From NCBI GenBank assembly GCA_963833985.1, contig CAWIAD010000001.1:2092271-2156270 (forward strand): DNA of 64,000 nt, written 5' to 3'. This DNA comes from an uncultured Planctomycetaceae bacterium (GTDB lineage Bacteria; Planctomycetota; Planctomycetia; Isosphaerales; Isosphaeraceae). The notes under the pieces are model-generated. The model had not been told where the DNA came from and made no database searches. It saw nothing but the letters and a program-made list of their open reading frames with translations. Positions 59,748-64,000 of this stretch are shown here, piece after piece; the first letter of the stretch is position 1; the number at the start of each line of letters is the position of its first letter. The translations under genes were made by a program, and so were the position numbers.

Positions 59748-61610
59748 TCACGCCATCACCGGATCGAGAACGATGCCCGCGGGCATCGGCTCGGTCTGGG
59801 GCAGATAATCGTCGGGGACGCCCGGTACGCTGTACTCGTAAGGGGCGTGGTACACAGTCGGAATCTTGGCGAAGTTGTAATGCGGGGGCGGCGACGAGAT
59901 CGACCACTCCAGCGTGTTGGCGTGCCAGGGGTTGAGCGGCGCCTTGGGACCGATGAAGAGGCTGCTGATAAAGTTGTACGCGAAGATGAGCTGGGTGAGC
60001 CCCAGCCCGAACGCGCTGTAGGTCATGAAGGCGTTCATGCCCATGATGCCCGCGCCCTGAAGATACGGGTAGATTGTCGGATCGGCAATCCGCCGCGGGT
60101 GGCCGTGCATGCCGACGATGTGCATCAGGAAGAAGGTGCCGTTGAAGAAGATGAACGAGAGCAGGAAGTGGATGAGCCCCAGCCGCTCGTTCATCATCCG
60201 GCCGAACATCTTCGGGAACCAGTAGTAGATCGCGGCGAAGATGCCGAAGGTGCTGCCGCCGAAGAGGACGTAGTGGATATGGCCCACGATGAAGTACGTG
60301 TCGTGAATATGCATGTCGACGGGCGTCGCGGCCATGAAGATGCCCGACAGGCCGCCGATGATGAACATGGCCACGAACGCCATGGCGTTGAGCATGGCCG
60401 CGGTGTACTGGATGCGCCCGCCCCACATGGTTCCCAGCCAGTTGAACACCTTGATGGCCGACGGTAGCGCGATCATCATCGTCGAGAGCATGAAGGTGGC
60501 ACCCAGCGCGGGGTTCATGCCCGACTGGAACATGTGGTGCCCCCAGACGATGAAGCCCAGGCCCGCGATACCGGCAATGGCCAGCACCATGGGCTTGTAG
60601 CCGAAGAGCGGCTTGCGGGAGAAGGTGGCGATGATGTCCGAGACCATGCCCATCGCCGGCAAGATCATGACGTAAACGGCCGGGTGCGAGTAGAACCAGA
60701 AGAGATGCTGGAAGAGCAGGGGACCGCCGCCGCCGGTCACGGGGGGGGCGTTCGCCACCGTCCAGCCTATCGGGCTGAAGAAGTTGGTTCCGGCCAGCCG
60801 GTCAAGCGTCTGCATGATCAGCGCCGAGGTCAGTACGGGTAGGGCGAAGGCCTGGAGGATGGCGGTGATGAACATGGCCCACACCGTCATGGGCATGCGG
60901 AACATCTTCATGCCGGGCGCCCGCAGCATGACGATGGTGGTGATGTAGTTGATCGACCCCATGAGCGACGAGATGCCGGCGAAGAGCAACGCCAGCAGCC
61001 AGAACGTCTGCCCGTTCAAGGACCCCGGCGTCGACCAGCGGGCAATCGAGAGGATCGGGTAACTGGTCCAGCCGGCCTCGGGCGCACCTCCCTCCACCAG
61101 AAAGGAATAGGTGATCATTACGAACGCCGGCCACATGAACCAGTACGAGAACATGTTCAGCCGCGGGAAGGCCATGTCGCGGGCGCCGATCATGAGCGGG
61201 ATCAGGAAGTTGCCGAACGCACCCGTCAAGAGCGGGATGATCACGAAGAAAATCATGATCGTCGCGTGCATCGTGAACAGCTTGTTGTAGAACTCCGGAG
61301 GCATCTGGTAGCCCAGTGAGGGGCTTGACCAGAGCGCCTGGCTGAGAATCGGTATCGGCTTCCAGGGCCAGGCCAGCTGCCAGCGAATGGCCATCGCCAG
61401 CAGGCCGCCCAGGACGAAGAAGATCAGCCCGGAGAACAGGAACTGCAGACCGATGATTTTATGATCATGCGAAAAAACATACTTGAAGATGAAGTTCGAG
61501 GGAGCCGGATGAATGTGGTCGTCGCCGTGGCCGTGGTCGGATTCGTGACCGTGCGAGGCCGCCACGGCTCCGGAGCCATTGCCGATCGCTGCCGAGTTCA
61601 TGCCTGTCAC
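59748..61610 (-). CDS. ctaD: Cytochrome c oxidase subunit I, A2 type
   Basis: H ligands (TMHA, WFYSHPAVY, WGHH, GHIHYV); YS motif of A2 enzymes. Confidence 0.97.
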   Translation of the reverse strand: MTGMNSAAIGNGSGAVAASHGHESDHGHGDDHIHPAPSNFIFKYVFSHDHKIIGLQFLFSGLIFFVLGGLLAMAIRWQLAWPWKPIPILSQALWSSPSLGYQMPPEFYNKLFTMHATIMIFFVIIPLLTGAFGNFLIPLMIGARDMAFPRLNMFSYWFMWPAFVMITYSFLVEGGAPEAGWTSYPILSIARWSTPGSLNGQTFWLLALLFAGISSLMGSINYITTIVMLRAPGMKMFRMPMTVWAMFITAILQAFALPVLTSALIMQTLDRLAGTNFFSPIGWTVANAPPVTGGGGPLLFQHLFWFYSHPAVYVMILPAMGMVSDIIATFSRKPLFGYKPMVLAIAGIAGLGFIVWGHHMFQSGMNPALGATFMLSTMMIALPSAIKVFNWLGTMWGGRIQYTAAMLNAMAFVAMFIIGGLSGIFMAATPVDMHIHDTYFIVGHIHYVLFGGSTFGIFAAIYYWFPKMFGRMMNERLGLIHFLLSFIFFNGTFFLMHIVGMHGHPRRIADPTIYPYLQGAGIMGMNAFMTYSAFGLGLTQLIFAYNFISSLFIGPKAPLNPWHANTLEWSISSPPPHYNFAKIPTVYHAPYEYSVPGVPDDYLPQTEPMPAGIVLDPVMA

Positions 61611-62425
61611 CTTTCCTGTGAGTCCGTGACCATGGTGAGCTGACTACGGTTCTGTTCCGCGAGTTTCTCGTCAACCCATTTCTGGAATTCTTCTTCGGTC
61701 TCGTGGACCGTCACATTCGCGCGCATCTTGTAGTGCCCCCACCCGCACAGCTCCGCACAGGCGAGCTCGAACTTGCCGGCGGTGTCCGAGTCGAACCAGA
61801 CCGGAATTGTCAGTCCCGGGACCGCGTCCTGCTTGATGCGCATTTGCGGCAGGAAGAAGGAGTGGATCACGTCGGATGACTTCAGGTAAATCAGTGCCGT
61901 CCGGTTCTTGACGAAATGGAGGTCGTTGACGGTGAACAGATCATCGCGAGTGTTCAGCTTGCCGTCGGGGCCCGGATAGCGCATCACCCACTGGAACTGA
62001 CGGCCGGTGATCTCGGCCAGGGGCGGCACCTTCGGTGCGGCGCTGCGGAACTTGATGCTGGCCCAGGTCCCCATCTGGTAGAGGGCGATGAACACGAGGA
62101 TGGCAGCCGGGATAATGGTCCAGATAACTTCCAGCCGCTGACTCCCATGAAAGTAGAGAGCCTGCCGGACGGGCTTGCCGTTCTCGTCCTTCCTGTCCGC
62201 ATATCGATAACTCGCCCACACCAGCACGATTTGCGTACCGATGAAGACCAAACCCGTGATGACGAGAATGATGACGAAGAGGCTGTCGATATCCCGGCCG
62301 AAGGTAGAGACGACAGGGTGGCCGGTGGGATTGGGCAGCCACCATTCCGGGGCGAAGGGGGCGTAGAGGAACGTCCCCACGCTGAAGATGGCGGCCAGGG
62401 CGAACAGGATGCTCCAGTAACGCAC
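61607..62425 (-). CDS. ctaC: Cytochrome c oxidase subunit II (CuA, no fused cytochrome c)
   Basis: LEVIWT, QFQW..RY, DVIHSF, CAELCGWGHYKM. Confidence 0.96.
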   Translation of the reverse strand: MRYWSILFALAAIFSVGTFLYAPFAPEWWLPNPTGHPVVSTFGRDIDSLFVIILVITGLVFIGTQIVLVWASYRYADRKDENGKPVRQALYFHGSQRLEVIWTIIPAAILVFIALYQMGTWASIKFRSAAPKVPPLAEITGRQFQWVMRYPGPDGKLNTRDDLFTVNDLHFVKNRTALIYLKSSDVIHSFFLPQMRIKQDAVPGLTIPVWFDSDTAGKFELACAELCGWGHYKMRANVTVHETEEEFQKWVDEKLAEQNRSQLTMVTDSQER

Positions 62426-62505
62426 GGAAATAGGCTCCCCTCATCGGCTGGATATTGACCAGACTGCAATGCGATTCGCGGCCGGGCGCCGGCTTCCCGG
62501 GCGAC

Positions 62506-63780
62506 CTACCGCGTGGCCATGACCGGCATCTCGGCAGCCCCGGGAGCGGGCGCCTGAGTGAGCAATTCCGGCTCGTAGGGCAGGGCCAGGACGAAGTTCA
62601 CAAGGTCCCAGACCTGCTTCTCGTTGATCAATCCCGGATAGTGGGACGGCATCTGGGCACCCGTGATGCCCTTGGCGATCCGCCAGTAAATATCGAGGGG
62701 CCGGCGGCCTCCCTTGTAGACCCCGCGATTCAGGTTCGCCGGTCGCAGGGGATTGCCCCAGTCGTCAAGCTTCTGGCCCCACAGGTCCTTGGTCTTCTGA
62801 TCGAGCTGCGCGATCCGCTCTTCGCGCTCGCTGGGGTTGCCGCTGAAGACCACGAAGTTGAAGACGTTCTGGCTGACGAAGCTCTGGCCGTCGCCCCGGG
62901 CCAGCGTGCCGTGGCAGTCGGTGCAAACGAGCTTTGCTTCCTTGACGCGTCCCAGGAAAAGCTCACGGCCGCGCAGAATGCTCTCACGCGTTGACGGCGT
63001 GCGCGGGGTTGTGGGGTTCATCACCAGCCGCTGAGCGGTCTTCCACTTGTTGATCACGGCGTCCACGGCCTCGTGGCCGACGTCCAGCGACAGCGTGTTC
63101 ACGTCGTTCTCGTCCGAGGTCGCACCGATATCGATGAGCTCCAGTTCGGTCTCGCCGCGGATGCTCAAGAAAATGACGTAATCCACGACCTGCGCGATCT
63201 CGTCGTCCGTCAGCAAGGCCTCGAACGCCGGCATCGAGGTGCCGTGCAGACCATTCTTCACCGTGCGAAGCAGGTCGTCGCGGGCCGGCCGGGCACCGTT
63301 CGGTGTGGACGTGAACTTGAAGAGCCCCCTGCGATAATCGCGGGGAGTTGGATACAAAAATGCCGACGTGGGACCGTCCCCAGCCCCGGAAACACCATGG
63401 CAGTGCAGACAGTTGCGGCGGTAGAGGCCGTAACCTCCGGGGACCGTGGCGCCATCCTTGGTGACGTTGCGGGCCACGCTCTCGCCGACTTTCTGGTAAT
63501 TGCCCAGCCGGGCACCACCGCCAGTCAGTAGAACGCCCATTCCCTCCGGCACGGTGATCCGGGTGGGATTCTCCCCGAACAGCTTCGACAGCACCGTGCG
63601 GACCTTGTCTTGTAGCTTCGGTTTTCCAGCAAGGCTGGTCTTTCCCTTGACCTCCCTGGTCAGGGCGTCGTTTTCCACGTACTTCATGGGTCCCATGAGA
63701 ACGCGATCGGAACAGCCGGCGAACGCAAGAAGGAGGGAGCAAGAGCCGATACAAACCAAACGACGACACCACACGATCAC
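62506..63780 (-). CDS. Diheme cytochrome c lipoprotein
   Basis: GGAGG RBS plus GTG start, lipobox FAGC, CLHCH and CTDCH, axial-Met motifs GTSMP and GAQMP. Confidence 0.85.
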   Translation of the reverse strand: MIVWCRRLVCIGSCSLLLAFAGCSDRVLMGPMKYVENDALTREVKGKTSLAGKPKLQDKVRTVLSKLFGENPTRITVPEGMGVLLTGGGARLGNYQKVGESVARNVTKDGATVPGGYGLYRRNCLHCHGVSGAGDGPTSAFLYPTPRDYRRGLFKFTSTPNGARPARDDLLRTVKNGLHGTSMPAFEALLTDDEIAQVVDYVIFLSIRGETELELIDIGATSDENDVNTLSLDVGHEAVDAVINKWKTAQRLVMNPTTPRTPSTRESILRGRELFLGRVKEAKLVCTDCHGTLARGDGQSFVSQNVFNFVVFSGNPSEREERIAQLDQKTKDLWGQKLDDWGNPLRPANLNRGVYKGGRRPLDIYWRIAKGITGAQMPSHYPGLINEKQVWDLVNFVLALPYEPELLTQAPAPGAAEMPVMATR

Positions 63781-64000
63781 GCGATCATCCTCCCCACGAC
63801 AGGTGCAATCACAGCCCGCCAGAAGCCAGCGGTGACCCATCACCAGAGGGCCAGTATCAGAGGTCGATCTCGAAGATCCTAGATGGCAATCAAGGTGGCG
63901 GGATGCCTCGCAGCAGCGTCCAGCCGGCCCGATCTCGTTGTGGTCATCCGAGCGGAAGTCAGTGATGACCAAAGTGTGAGGGTATTTTGAGATCGGCGCA

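Overview
High-GC bacterial DNA with planctomycete hallmarks (DUF1559 prepilin/H-X9-DG proteins, ECF sigma factor with a long C-terminal extension, RxxxELMEERLLL extracellular motif), most likely Isosphaeraceae-like. Left to right it contains: a diheme cytochrome c/peroxidase-like gene; an S46 peptidase; a sigma70 promoter plus class-I cobalamin riboswitch ahead of a small lipoprotein and a DUF1559 gene; a kdpFABC operon with a sensor-only KdpD, lying downstream of a KinB/AlgB-like kinase and sigma54 activator with a clear sigma54 promoter; TPR-membrane, DUF1559, beta-propeller, HNH, FHA-GGDEF, TIM-barrel and ArsR genes; thrC-dapB-hypothetical-receiver-UXS-czcA; a BlaI/M56 pair whose M56 protein has seven 14-aa repeats; a PL11 lyase and DUF2961; a fully delimited 4.7-kb Tn3-family element (40-bp IRs, AATCT target duplication, internally deleted tnpA, ECF-sigma/RND-adaptor cargo) next to tRNA-Pro(GGG); pyrF; a 1638-aa surface protein; and an A2-type cytochrome c oxidase operon. 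At least eight genes have 1-2 bp frameshifts, mostly in homopolymer or GC runs. These look like long-read indel errors rather than real pseudogenes. All family assignments come from motif recognition; no database searches were run.
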